Source of the DNA: Mobula hypostoma
Lineage: Eukaryota
Reading direction: 5' to 3'
Assembly (NCBI RefSeq): GCF_963921235.1
Contig: NC_086097.1
Span: forward strand, 219,172,001 to 219,236,000
DNA length: 64,000 bases
The number at the start of each line of letters is the position of its first letter. Position 1 is the first letter of the stretch. This document shows positions 37,244 through 51,755 of the stretch, piece by piece. The translations under genes and the position numbers were made by a program. The notes under the pieces are model-generated. The model had not been told where the DNA came from. It worked only from the letters and a program-made list of their open reading frames with translations, and did not search any database.

Positions 37244-40070
37244 TACAACCATGTAACAATTACAGCATGGAAACAGGCCATCTCGGCCCTTCTAGTCCGT
37301 GCCGAATGCTTACTCTCACCTAGTCCCACCAACTTGCACACAGCCCATAACCCTCCATTCCTTTCCTGTCCATATAGCTATCCAATTTTACTTTAAATGA
37401 CAATATCGAACCTACCTCTACCACTTCTGCTGGAAGCTCATTCCACACAGCTACCACTCTCTGAGTAAAGAAGTTCCCCCTCATGTTACCCCTAAACTTT
37501 TGCCCTTTAACTCTCAACTCATGTCCTCTTGTTTGAATCTCCCCCACTCTCAATGGAAAAAGCCTATCCACGTCAACTCTATCTATCCCCCTCATAATTT
37601 TAAATACCTCTATCAAATCCCCCTTAACCTTCAATGCTTGAAAGAATAAAGACACAACTTGTTCAACCTTTCTCTGTAATTTAGGAGATGAAACCCAGGT
37701 AACATTCTAGTAAATCTTCTCCGTACTCTCTCAATTTTGTTGACATCTTTCCTATAATTCAGTGACCAAAACTGTACACAATACTCCAAATTTGGCCTTA
37801 CCAATGCCTTGTACAATTTCAACATTACATCCCAACTCCTATACTCAATGCTCTGATTTATAAAGGCCAGCATACCAAAAGCTTTCTTCACCACTCTATC
37901 CACATGAGATTCCACCTTCAGGGAACTATGCACCATTATTCCTAGATCACTCTGTTCTACTGCATTCTTCAATGCCCTAACATTTACCATGTATATCCTA
38001 TTTTGATTAGTCCTACCAAAATGTAGCACTTCACATTTATCAGCATTAAACTCCATCTGCCATCTTTCAGCCCACTCTTCTAAGTGGTCTAAATCTCTCT
38101 GCAAGCTTTGAAAACCTACTTCATTATCCACAACGCCACCTACCTTAGTATCATCTGCATACTTACTAATCCAATTTACCACCCCATCATCCAGATCATT
38201 AATGTATATGACAAACAACATTGGACCCAGTACAGATCCCTGAGGCACACCACTAGTCACTGGCCTCCAATCTGACACACAGTTATCCACCACTACTCTC
38301 TGCCGTCTCCCATCCAGCCACTGCTGAATCTACTTTACTACTTCAATATTAATACCTAACGATTGAACCTTCCTAACTAACCTTCCGTGTGGAACCTTGT
38401 CAAAAGCCTTACAGAAGTCTATATAGACAACATCCACCGCTTTACCCTCATCAACTTTCCTAGTAACCTCTTCAAAAAATTCAATAAGATTTGTCAAACA
38501 TGACCTTCCACGTACAAATCTATGGTGAATGTTCCTAATCAGACCCTGTCTATCCAGATAATTATATATACCATCTCTAAGAATACTTTCCATCAACTTA
38601 CCCACCACTGACGTCAAACTCACAGGCCGATAATTGCTAGGTTCACTCTTAGAACCGTTTTTAAACAATGGAACAACATGAGCAATACGCCAATCCTCCG
38701 GCACCATCCCCGTTTCTAATGAAATTTGAAATATTTCTGTCAGAGCCCCTGCTATTTCTACACTAACTTCCCTCAAAGTGCTAGGGAATATCCTGTCAGG
38801 ACCTGGAGACTTACCCACTTTTATATTCCTTGAAAGCGCCAGTACTTCCTCTTCTTTAATCATCGTAGTTTCCATAACTACCCTACTTGTTTCCCTTACT
38901 TTACACAATTCAATATCCTTCTCCTTAGTGAAAACCGAAGAAAAGAAATTGTTCCAAATCTCCCCCATCTTTTTTGGCTCTGCACATAGCCATCCACTCT
39001 GATTCTCTAAGGAACCAATTTTATCCCTCACTATCCTTTTGCTATTAATATAACTGTAGAAACCCTTTGGATTTATTTTCACCTTACTTGCCAAAGCAAC
39101 CTCATATCTCCTTTTAGCTTTTCTATTTTCTTTCTTAAGATTCTTTTTACATTCTTTATATTCCTCGACCACCTCATTTACTCCATGCTGCCTATATTTA
39201 TTGTAGATATGTCTCTTTTTCCGAGCAAGTTTCCAATATCCCTTGAAAACCATGGATCTCTCAAAGTTTTAACCTTTCCTTTCAACCTAACAGGAAGATA
39301 AAGATACTGTACCCTCAAAATTTCACCTTTAAATGACCTCCATTTCTCTATTACATCCTTCCCATAAAACAATTTATCCCAATCCACTCCTTCTAAGTCT
39401 TTTCACATCTCCTCAAAGTTAGCCTTTCTCCAATCAAAAATCTCAACCCTGGGTCCAGACCTACCCTTCTCCATAATTATATTGAAACTAATGGCATTGT
39501 GATCACTGGACCCACAGTGCTCCCCAACATATACCTCCATCACCTGCCCTATCTCATTCCCTAACAGGAGATCCAACACTGCCCCTTCTCTAGTTGGTAA
39601 CTCTATGAATTGCTGCAAAAAACTATCCTGTACACATTTTACAAACTCCAAACGATCCAGCCCTTTTACAGTATGGGCTTCCCAGTCTATGTGTGGAAAA
39701 TTAAAATCTCTCTCAATCACAACTTTGTGCTTGCTACAAATATCTGCAGTCTCCTTACAAATTTTCTCCTCCAATTCTTCCCCCCCCCATTAGGTGGTCT
39801 ACAATACACCCCTATAAGTGTTACTACACCTTTCCCATTCCTCAATTCCACCCAAATAGCTTCTCTAGATGAGCCCTCTAATCTATACTGCCAGAGCACC
39901 ACCATAATATTTTCTCTGACAAGCAATGCAACACCTCCCCTTCTTGTCCCTCCAATTCTATCATACCTGAAGCAATGAAATCCAGGAATATTTAGTTGCC
40001 AATTGCACCCCTTCTGCAACCATGTTTCAGTAATAGCTACCACATCATAGTTCCAGGTATCAATCCGTGC
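37244..40070 (-). mobile_element. CR1 LINE, near-complete ORF2 (APE endonuclease plus RT), disrupted
   Basis: ORFs from VAITETWL / GGVALLV through SDHNAI, NYRPVSLTS, YADDTK to FFTQRVVAVWNELP; 3' tail at about 37244. Confidence 0.95.
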
Positions 40071-40199
40071 TTTAACATGTAAGATATAAAAGCTTAAAAA
40101 AAATCAGGTTTTATTGTCACTACATTTCGTGAAATTTGTTTATTTGTGGCACAGTACAGTGCAATCCATAAAAATTACTATAAGTTACAAAAAAGTTAG

Positions 40200-41225
40200 A
40201 AAAATGGACTTGAGTAAAGCATTTGACAAGCTCCTGCACTGTAGACTGGCCAAGGCACACGGAATCCAAGGAAAGCTGGCTAAAATTGATCCTAAATAGT
40301 CTTGGTGATAGAAGGCTGAAGCTGCTTTTCTAATTGGACATCTATGATCACTGAATAAGCAGAGGAAGGGGTGCTGAGACTTCCCTTTGTAATAATTATT
40401 GGTGTCTCGGGGAGGAGGTATGCTTAGCAAGTCTAACGGTGACAATAAGGATGGTGGTGATGTGGATAATGAAGAAGTCTGTCTAAAACTAAAACATAAG
40501 CCCAGGATATAGATCAGAAGAAACATTTGTAAGATAGAATTTAATCCTGACAAGTATACAGTGATGCATTTAGGGACAAGATATGCAAAACAAGTATTGT
40601 GTGATGGGGGTCAAGTTCAAAGTTCCCTGAAAATGTGACTGGAGAGGATGATGATAAAGGTATATGACATGCTTACCTTCACTCTTTGGGACAGAGAATA
40701 TAAATGTTCACATAGTCACACGTCAAGTATTGTGTCATCGCACTGCAGAAAGGATATGGCTCACTGGAGAGGACGCAAAGGAGATTCACCAGGATGTTCT
40801 CTGGACTGGAGCACTTTAGTTATGGGGAGAGATTGGATAAACTGGGAGTGACCCGACAGAGTCATATAACATTATAAGAAACACAGAGGAGATAGTTAGA
40901 ATCACTTTCTCAAAGTAAGTGTATCAGGAACAACATGACTTTGGCTGAATGGAAATGAAGGAGTTTTAAAGGGGATCTGAGGGGAAAGTTTATTTTTAAA
41001 CAGAGAGTGGTTGAAATCTGGAATGTGTTGCCAGAGACTGTGATGGAATCGAATACAACCAGATTTATTAACACTTAGACAGGCACTTGAAGAGGGAAGA
41101 CAGTGAAATATATGGATTGAATGTGGACAAGTGTGATTACTGTGAATTGGCAACAAAAACAGCGGTGTGAATGTGGAGAACGAAAGGACTTATTACACTC
41201 AATTCTGTGCCTTAAGACCCTGACG
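40200..41225 (+). mobile_element. Old CR1 remnant
   Basis: MDLSKAFDKLLH and decayed downstream ORF2 and 3' region. Confidence 0.7.
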
Positions 41226-41749
41226 CCAATTTGTTATTTGTGCTACAAAATCCTGATGCAACTCAATAATCATTTTTATTCCATTTCATTCCTTAGAACA
41301 TTAAAAAGATGCAATATAATTTGTATTTGGTGAAGCTCATAATTTACAGCTACTAGTTCCAGTTTTGGTTTGATACCACAAAGAGATGCATTTAATTTAG
41401 ACTGACACTTTGAATGAAATAGCAAAAAGCCTGAATACAATTTGTGCTCCAGTGATCTCATTTTGGTCTCAGGAAGTGAGTCAATTCATTTAACATTCAT
41501 ATGTTAGAATACAGTTATGTTTTGTGATCATAAATTAATTTATTTTTGAAGAATTCTGTGCACATCTGTTCGTGTTTTAAGAGGGGGTGGGTCTTTAGTT
41601 GAAATATAATACTGAAAGTGAATACTGTAGTGCACAGATTTAAACACCAAGTGAAACCTTAGTATTGACTTTAGTTCTGAGTTCTTGTCTATATTTGTTT
41701 TTATATTGCTGTCCAAACATTGTTAGAAAAAGTAAAAATTCTCAGACAA

Positions 41750-42630
41750 TAAGACCATAAGATATAGGAGCAGAATTAGGCTATTTAGAGGCATAGAGTC
41801 ATAGAACACGATAAAGCACAGAAACAGGCCTTTGGCCCATCCCGTCCATGCTGAACCATTAATCTGCCTCGTCTCATTGACCTACGCCCAGACCATAGCC
41901 TTCCATACCCTTTCCATCCATGTACCAAAACAAATTTCTCTTCAATGTTGAAATTGAACCCCCATCCACCATTTGCACTAGCAGCTCATTCCACACTCTC
42001 ACTACCCTCTGAGTGAAGAAGTTCCCGCTCATATTCCATTTAAATATTTCACCTTTCACCCTTAACCCATGACCTCTAATTGTAGTCTCATCCAACCTCA
42101 GTGGAAAAGCCTTTCTGCACTTGCCCAATCTATACATCCGATAATTTTGTATACCTGTATCAAATCTCCACTCAATCTTCAATCTTCTAGTCCTACCTAT
42201 TCAACCTTTCCATTTAAATCAGGTTCTCATGTCTCAGCAACATCCTTGTCAATATTCTCCTTATAAATTTTACATCCTTCTAAAATTTGACCCATTAAAT
42301 CTGCTCCACCATTCGATCATAACTGATTTATTATCTCTTTCAACCCCATTCTGCTGCCTTCTCCACATAATCTTTGACATCCTTTCTGATCACAAGCCTA
42401 TCAGCTTTATCAAACCCCACTTTAAATATACCCAGTTGGCAATGAATACCACAGATTCACCACCCTCCAGCAAAAGAAATTCCTCCTCATCTCTGTTCCA
42501 ATGGGACATCCTGGTATTCTGAGGCTGTAACCTCTGGTCCTAGACTCTCAACTATTAGAAAAATCTCCTCTGCATCCACTTTATTTAGGCCTTTCAATAT
42601 TCAAAAGGGTTTCAATGTGATACCCCCTCA
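41750..42630 (-). mobile_element. CR1 3' fragments (outer copy resumes at about 47662-47830)
   Basis: ORF 41874..42182 is a CR1 C-terminus; taccccctca at 42630 continues as ttcttctacattc at about 47664. Confidence 0.75.
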
Positions 42631-45600
42631 TAGAAACATAGAATAACCTACAGCATAATACAGGCCCTTTGGCCCACAATGCTGTACCGAACATGTACTT
42701 ACTTTAGAAATTACCTAGGGTTACCCATAGCCCTCTATTGTTCTAAGCTCCATGTACCTATCCATGGACCTTAAAAACCCTATTGTATCCACCTCCACTA
42801 CCATCACCAGCAGCCGATTCCGCACACTCACCACTCTCTGCATAAAAAACTTACCCCTGACATCTCCTCTGTACCTACTTCCAAGCACCTTAAAACTGTC
42901 CCCTCTCGTGTTAGCCATTTCAGCCCTGGGAAAAAGCCTCTGACTATCAACACGATCAGTGCCTCTCATCATCTATACACCTCTATCAGGTCTCCTCTCA
43001 TCCTCTGTCACTCCAAGAAGAAAAGGCCGCATTCACTCAACCTTTTCTCCTAAGGCATGCTCCCAATCCAGGTAACATCCTTATAAATCTCCTCTGCACC
43101 CTTTCTATAGTTTCCACATCCTTCCTGTAGTGAGGTGATCAGAATTGATCACAGTACTCCATGTGGGGTCTGACTAGGGTTCTATATAACTGTAATATTA
43201 CCTCTTGGCTCTTGAACTCAATCCCACGGTTGATGAAGGCCAATACGCTGTATGCCTTCTTAACCACTCAATCAACTTGCGCAGCAGCTGTGAGTGTCCA
43301 ATGGACTTGGGCCCCAAGATCCCTCTGATCCTCCACACTGCCAAGAGATATCATTAATTCTGTATTCTGCCATCATATTTGACCTACCAAAATGAACCAC
43401 CTCATATTTATCTGGGTTGAACTCCACCTGTCACTTCTCAGCCCCGTTTTGCATCCTATCAATGTTCCGTTGTAACCTCTGACAGCCCTCCACACTATCC
43501 ACAACACCCACAATCTTTATGTCATCAGCAAATTTACTGACCCACCCCCCCACTTCCTCATCCAGGTGATTTATAAAAATCACAAAGAGAAAGGGTCCCA
43601 GAAGAGATCCCTGAGGCACACCACTGGTCACCGACCTCCATGCTGAATGAGGGAGGCTATTTGGGTGGAATTGAGGAATAGCAAAGGTGTAGTGATGCTT
43701 ATGGGGGTGTATTATAGACCACTTAATGGGGAGCGAGAATTGGAGGAGCAAATTTGTAAGGAGATAGCAGATATTTGTAGTAAGCACAAGGTTGTGATTG
43801 TGGGAGATTTTAATCTTCCACACATAGACTGGGAAACCCATTCTGTAAAAGGGCTAGATGGTTTGAAGTTTGTCAAATGTGTGCAAGATAGTTTTTTTGC
43901 AGCAATACATAGAGGAACCAACAGAGAAGGGGCAGTGTTGGATCTCCTGTTAGAGAATGAGATAGGTCAGGTGACGGAGGTATGTGTTGGGGAGCACTTC
44001 AGGTCCAGTGATCACAATACCATTAGTTTCAATATAATTATGGAGAAGGATAGGACTGGACCCAGGGTTGAGATTTTTGGTTGGAGAAAGGCTAACTTTG
44101 AGGAGATGTGAAAGGATTCAGAAGGAGTGGATTGGGACAATTCGTTTTATGGGAAGGATGTAATAGAGAAATGGGAGTCATTTAAAGGTGAAATTTTGAG
44201 GGTACAGGATCTTTATGTTCCTGTTAGGTTGAAAGGAAAGGTTAAAAGTTTGAGACAGCATGGTTTTCAAGGGATATAGAAAACTTGGTTCAGATAAAGA
44301 GAGGGATTTACAATAAATATAGGCAGCTTGCAGTTAATAAGGTGCTCAAGGAATATAAAGAATGTAAAAAGAATCTTAAGAAAGAAATTACAAAAGCTAA
44401 AAGATACGAGGCAGCTTCAGCAAGTAAGGTGAAAAAAAGAGGGTTTCTACAGTTATATAAATAGCAAAAGGATAGTGAGGGATAAAATTGGTCCCTTAGA
44501 GAATCAGAGTGGATGGCTATGTGCGGAGCCAAAAGAGATGGGGGAGATTTGGAACAATTTCTTTTCTTCGGTATTCACTAAGGAGAAGGATATTGAATTG
44601 TATAAGGTAAAGGAAACAAGAAGGGTAGTTATGGAAAGTATGATGATTAAAGAAGAGGAAGTACTGGTGCTTTTAAGGAATATAAAAGTGGATAAGTCTC
44701 CGGGTCCGGACAAGATATTCCCTAGGACCTTGAGGGAAGTTAGTGTGGAAATAGCAGGGGCTCTAACAGAAATATTTCAAATTTCGTCAGAAACGGGGAT
44801 GGTGCCGGAGGATTGGCGTATTGCTCATGTGGTTCCATTGTTTAAAAAGGGTTCTAAGAGTAAACCTAGCAATTATCGGCCTGTGAGTTTGATGTCAGTG
44901 GTGGGTAAATTGATAGAAAGTATTCTTAGAGATGGTATACATAATTATCTGGATAGACAGGGTCTGATTAGGAGCAGTCAACATGGATTTGTGCGTGGAA
45001 GGTCATGCTTGACAAATCTTACTGAATTTTTTGAAGAGGCTACTAGGAAAGTTGCCGAGGGTAAAGCGGTGGATGTTGTCTATATGGACTTCAGTAAGGC
45101 CTTTGACAAGGTTCCATACGGAAGGTTAGTTAGGAAGGTTCAATCGTTAGGCATTAATATTGAAGTAGTAAAGTGGATTCAGCAGTGGCTGGATGGGAGA
45201 CGCCAGAGATTAGTGGTGGATAACTGTGTGTCAGATTGGAGGACGGTGTGTAGCAGTGTGCCTCAGGGATCAGTACTCGGTTCAATGTTGTTTGTCATAT
45301 ATATTAATGATCTGGATGATGGGGTGGTAAATTGGATTAGTAAGTATACAGCTGATACTAAGATAGGTGGTGTTGTGGATAATGAAGTAGGTTTTCAAAG
45401 CTTGCGGAGCGATTTAGGCCAGTTAGAAGAGTGGGCTGAAAGATGGTAGATGGAGTTTAATGCTGAAAAATGTGAGGTGCTACATTTTGGTAGGACTAAT
45501 CAAAATAGGATATACATGGTAAATGTTAGGGCATTGAAGAATGCAGTAGAACAGAGTGATCTAGGAATAATGGTGCATAGTTCCCTGAAGGTGGAATGTC

Positions 45601-47661
45601 ATGTGGATAGAGTGGTGAAGAAAGCTTTTGGTATGCTGGCCTTTATAAATCAGAGCATTGAGTATAGGAGTTGGGATGTAATGTAGAAATTGTATAAGGC
45701 ATTGGTAAGGCTAAATTTGGTGTATTGTGTACAGTTCTGGTCATTGAATTATAGGAAAGATGTCAATAAAATTGAGAGAGTACAGAGGAGGTTTACTAAA
45801 ATGTTGCCTGGGTTTCATCTCCTAAGTTACAGAGAAAGGTTGAACAAGTTAGGTTTTTATTCTTTGGAGCGTAGAAGGTTGAGAGGGGACTTGATAGAGG
45901 TGTTTAAAATTATGAGGGGTATTGATAGAGTTGATGTGGATAGGCTTTTTCCATTGAGAGTGGGGGAGATTCAAACAAGAGGACATGAGTTGAGAGTTAG
46001 GGGGCAAAAGTTTAGGGGTAACATGAGGGGGAACTTCTTTACTGAGAGAGTGGTGGCTGTGTGGAACGAGCTTCCAGCAGAAGTGGTTGAGGCAGATTTG
46101 ATATTGTTGTTTAAAGTTAATCTGGATAGATATATGGAGCGGAAGGGAAAGGAGGGTTATGGACCGAGTGCAGGTTGGTGAGACTAGGTGAGAGTAGGAG
46201 TTCAGCATGGACTAGAAGGGCTGAGATAGCCTGTTTCTGTGCTGTAATTGTTATATGGTTATATGGAGACCTGTCTACAACCACTCTTTGCCTTCTGTGA
46301 GCAAGCCAGTTCTGGATCCACAAACCAATGTCCCCTTGGATCCCATGCCTCCTTACTTTCTCAATAAGCCTTGCATGGAGTACCTTATCAAATGCCTTGC
46401 TGAAATCCATATACACTACATCTATTGCTCTACCTTCATCAATGTGTTTAGTCACATCCTCAAAATTTCACACATGCTGTAAGGCACGACCTGCCTTTGA
46501 GAAAGCCATGCTAACTATTCTTAATCATATTATGCCTTTCCAAATGTTCATAAATCCTGTCTGTCAGGATCTTCTCCATCAACTTACCAACCACTGAAGT
46601 AAGACTCACTGGTCTATAATTTCCTGGACTATCTCTGCTCCCTTTTTAAATAGGGAGAAAACATCAGCAACCCTCCAATCCTCTGGAACCTCTCCCATCC
46701 CCATTAATGATGCAAAGATCGTTGCCAAAGGCTCAGCAATCTGCTCCCTCACCTCCCACAGTAGCCTTTCAAGTGCTTTTCTTCTAGACTAGATTTACAA
46801 CAGCCTTTGTACACCTTGGTTCCTGTACCCTACTATCCTTTCCCTGTCTCATTGGAACGTACCTATGCAGAACACCATGCAAATATCCCCTGAACATTTG
46901 CCACATTTCTGCCGTACATTTTCCTGAGAACATCTGCTCTCAATTTATACTTCCAAGTTCCTGCCTGATAGCTTCATATTACCCTTTACTCCAATTAAAT
47001 TATTTCCTAACTTGACTGCTCCTATTCCTCTCCAATGCTATGGCAAAGGAGATAGAATTATGATCACTATCTCCAAAATGCTCTCCCACTGAGAGACCTG
47101 ACACCTGACCAGGTTCATTTCCCAATACCATATCAAGTACAGCCTCTCCTCTTGTAGGCTTATCTACATATTGTGTCAGGAAACCTTCCTCAACAGACTT
47201 AACAAACTCCACCCCATCCAAACCCCTTGCTCTAGGGAAATGCCAATCAAGATTGGGGAAATTAAAATCTCCCATCACAAGAACCCTGTTGTTATTGCAC
47301 CATTCCAGAATCTTTCTCCCATCTGCTCCTCGGTGTCCCTGTTACTATTGGATGGTCTATAAAAAACAACCAGTAGAGTTATTGACCCCTTACTGTTTCT
47401 AACTTCCTCCCACAGAGACTCAGTAGACAATTCCTCCATGACTTCCTCCTCTTCTGCAGCCATGATCTATCTCTGATCAGCAGTGCCACGCCCCCACCTC
47501 TTGGCCCCCCTCCGTGTCCTTTCTGAAACATCTAATGCCTGCCATTCTAAGTAGCCATTCCTGCCCCTGAGCCATCCAGGTCTCTGTAATGGCCACAACA
47601 TCATAGCTCCAAGTACTGATCCACGCTCAAAGCTCATCTGCTTTGTTCATGATATTCCTTG
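42631..47661 (-). mobile_element. CR1 LINE split by a younger CR1 (parts 42631-43646 and 46264-47661)
   Basis: tagaaacatagaa tail at 42631; RT sequence interrupted at 43646 resumes at 46264; EN motifs in ORFs 47000..47463. Confidence 0.9.
43647..46263 (+). mobile_element. CR1 LINE, same subfamily as 37244-40070
   Basis: ORFs 43647..44111, 44475..45449, 45450..45686, 45690..46181; tail gttatatggttatat. Confidence 0.95.
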
Positions 47662-49597
47662 CATTCTTCTACATTCTAGGGAATACAGGCCCAAAGCATT
47701 CAAATACTCCTCATATGTTAACCCTTTCATTCCCAGAATCCCTCACATGAACCTACTCTGGACCATCTCCAATGCCAGCACAAGCTTTCTTGGATAGGAG
47801 CCCAAAATATACAGTACTCCAAGGATGATCTAATAACAGTTTTCATCAAGTGTAGTTCTAATGCAGTTTCCGTGATCAATGACAGTCAGGGCATAAATTT
47901 CAAATTGCTTGTATCTAATATGGAAAAGACCCTTAATAACATCCAATGGTGTTATGGCGAATGACATTGCCAATATCGTTGTTGGAATTCGTTAATGTTG
48001 TGTAGTCTACAAGGTTAAGATCTATGGAGCATCCTAAATACAAATGTTCTGTGCTTTCCAATTACAGAGATTAAATGAATAACGTAATTCCTTTATCTTC
48101 ATTCATTGGATTTGGTTACTGATGGCCTGACCAACACTTTCTATCCATGTGTAATGAACCTTGAGAAAAGTGTTGCGATGCTGCTTTCTGAGTGCATTGT
48201 AATTCATGGAAATATGATACTTCCATAGTACTGCCAAAAGGAGTTCCAGAATTGTAATTCAGTAAAGTCCAAATAAATCTTTTTTATCAGAGTACATATT
48301 GTTTCTGTCGCCGCATACAAAGCTGAGAGCATACTCAGCAAATCTATAGAATAGTAACTATAACAGGATCAACCAGAGTGCAGAAGACAACATACTGTGC
48401 AAATACAATTAAAAATAAATAGCAATAAATAACAAGAACTGGAACTAACAAGACTGAGAGTCCTTAAAGTGAGATCATCTCAATGGATGGGCAAGTGAGT
48501 GTCGTCACCCCCTTTTGTTCAAGAGCCTGATAATTGTGGGATGAAGGGTGGCAGTATTTGTCCGAGTTAGAAAGGTGCATGATTGGCGGGGCACTTGAAG
48601 GCAGAATTGTGCCCATGTGTTCCTGAGCTTTTTGTTCAAGATTGTTGAGCTCATTAGTCAAAGAGTTGTTGCCACAAAAGCCTTGACATACCCTGTAGTG
48701 AGCTGCACAATATTGTTACAGTTGAAGAAGGATTACTTAAAGTGGTGATTGGATGGTATTGTGTTTCTTGAGAGGTGTTAGATCTGCATCAATCCAGGAA
48801 TGTATTCCATCACATTCTTGATTTCACTTTGTCAATGACGGACGGCTGCAGGAGGCAGAATGTAGAACCCTGGCTGCCAAGGCATTTTTGTAAGCGGTGG
48901 ATTACTTCTAGTAAGCCTCAGGGTACTTGTATTATTTTTAGCAAGGTTGTGTGCCTAGTCTGCTGGATCAACATGTGCAAAATACTGGATGTTGTTTTTT
49001 ATGGGGGGGAATTGCTAACTGGCCCCGTGATGAGGAGAATTCCGAGGCCAGTCAAGTCAAAGACATAGGACCAGAGAGTTTTGTTTTTTTCTACCTATTG
49101 TATTAGAACATTGTGAGAAGGATCAGCGTAGACATGTTTCATAATATATCCACATGACATCACAGGTAGACAGGGTGGTGAAGAAGGGGTACGGCATGTT
49201 GGCAATTACCATTGGGAGTAGAAGACATTGAATATATGATTTGGGACATTACATTGCGATTGTACAAGCTATCGGTAAGGCTGCCACTGAAGTATTGCGT
49301 ACGGTTTTGATTACCCTGTTATAGGAAGCATGTATTAAGCTGGAAAGTGTGTAAAGAAGATTCAGAAAAAAGTTACTAAAACTTGGAGGCTTGAGTTATT
49401 GAAAGAGGATGAACAGACTAGGAGTTTATTCATTTGGAGCGTAGGAGACTGATGTGTGACCTATAGAAGTGTATAAAATTATGAAGGGCGTACATAACAT
49501 GAAGGGAAAGGGGATCAAAATAGTGGATTCTGGTTAATTGGGACACATCGGGACCAGTACATTTTGGCCCATTTAAGTGGCTGCCCCAATTAGCCAA

Positions 49598-51510
49598 AAT
49601 TGACATTTTGATCTATCTAGGTCAACCAACATAAACTTTACCAAAATTGATTCAATCCTTTGAACAATATGGCCAATTATCAGGAACAAGATCAACATAG
49701 ATAAAACCCAACTACTTTCATATAACTATAGCCCACCAAGAGAAATTGAAAGTAGATATCCTTGGGTATGGCAAACAGAGTCTGTCAAATATTTGGGCAT
49801 CATTATGCCAAATGATTTGGCAAAATTATCAGAATGCAATTATCAGCCTATATATATAAAAAATTAAGGAAGATGTAACAAGATGGAACCTAATTCATTT
49901 TCTTGGTCTCAGTTCAAGGATTAAATCTATTAAAATGAATATACTGCCCAGACTACCATATCTCTTTCAGACTCTACCAATAGAGATTAACCAAAATCAA
50001 TTCAATGAACGGAACAAGATGCTATCAAGATATATATGGCAAGGTAAAAGGCCTAGAATTCATCTCAAAACTTTGCGATTAGCCAAGGAAAAGGGGGGAT
50101 GGGGCCTACCTTCTCTTAGAGATTACTATTTTACAGTACAGTTGAGAGCTGTGATATGCTGGTGCAATCCATCATATGTCGTTCAATGGAAAAACATTGA
50201 GGAGGGGATACTTTCCATCCCCATACAGGCAATTTTGGCTGATAACAACCTACAAAGTTACATAAATACTATTGATAACCCATGGGTGAAATAGACTCTT
50301 AAAATATGGAAAACTATTATAAAAGAATATAAACTAGAGAGAGACATTGCAATTCTTAAATGATGTGCACATGACGCGGATTTTCCGCTGAACAAACTGG
50401 ACGCTAGATTTAAGGACTGGACAGCTAAAGGAATAACAGCTATTTGCAATATAATGAAAGAAGGAACGCTGTTCAGTTTTGAAATGCTCAAAGAGAAACA
50501 CTTATTAGAAAAACATTTATCGATATTTCCAGATGTGACAGTATGTTAATAGGATGGTTAAAAATGTAACCAAGGCAAGTACTCTCCATGTTTGATAGAG
50601 CTATTTAGAAAAGCATATAATTCAGACAACGGTAGTAGAATAATTTCAAGCACGTATAAGGGTTTGTCAAATCTTAAAACACATTCGACTTCATACATTA
50701 AAACAAAATGGGAGAAGAAAGGAGGGATAATAATATCTGAGGAAGAATGGACAATAATATAGAGGTATCAATGGAAGTGTACCAGATCACAGAAATGGAG
50801 GGAGTTTGGATGGAAAAACTTGATAAGATATTTTATTACACCCTCTCAGAAATCACATTATGATAGTAACCTCCCTGTTTGCTGGAGAAATTGTGGAAAT
50901 CAAAATACAAGCCATTATCATATTTTCTGGGAATGACCCGTTATCAAAGACTACGGGTCTTTCAAAGATACACAATGCCCTACAAGATATCTTTAAATGT
51001 GAAATATCCTTAGAAAGTATTCTGGTTTTATACCTCAAGAATGGTTGAAAAGAGATAAATATTTAATGAATATACTGCTGGTGGTTGGTAAAAAGACCCT
51101 TACCAGGTAATGGTTATCACAGGAGAGCCCAACTTTAAATGTATGGATGGAAATTACAATGGACATTTACAAAATGGAGAAGATAACAGCATCTGTTAAT
51201 CATAAGTTGGAACAATTTGATTCATACTGGGAAAAATGGTTTAACTATATAACACCTCATAGGCCTGATTTTATTCTCACAAGTCAATGAATACGTTGTA
51301 AAAAAATCACTCCCTACTGTGTACATAGTTTTCTTCCTTTGATTGTTCTTTCTTTCCTCTCCTTTCTATAAGTGTATACCTGAGATAAATATTATGTGGA
51401 GATTTGTGACAAATATGACTATATGATATATATGTACAGTATCTGAAATACATCTTATGGAAAGTTTTGTTTGATGATGAACTTCAATAAAAAATAAATT
51501 ACAAAAAAAA
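49598..51510 (+). mobile_element. L1-clade LINE, 5'-truncated
   Basis: DILIYL, KYLGI, MNILPRLPYLFQTLP, GGWGLPSLRDYY, CWRNCG..HYHIFW; AATAAA plus poly(A) at about 51486-51511. Confidence 0.92.
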
Positions 51511-51755
51511 ACAATGCAAATACTGGAAATCTGAAATAAAAACATAAAATATTGAAAATAGTTTAAAAAGTATAAAAAAGACAAACTACTGTTTAACTGA
51601 GTAAGAAATTAAATACAGAACAGATTAGAACACTGCCAAAATTGTGTATTAATTCCTAATAGTTATCGATGGAGGAATTCATTCAGTGTACGCTGACGTG
51701 TTCTTTCAATTGACTGCAAATGAACAAATCAGCACAAACAGTGGACTGCATTCAA

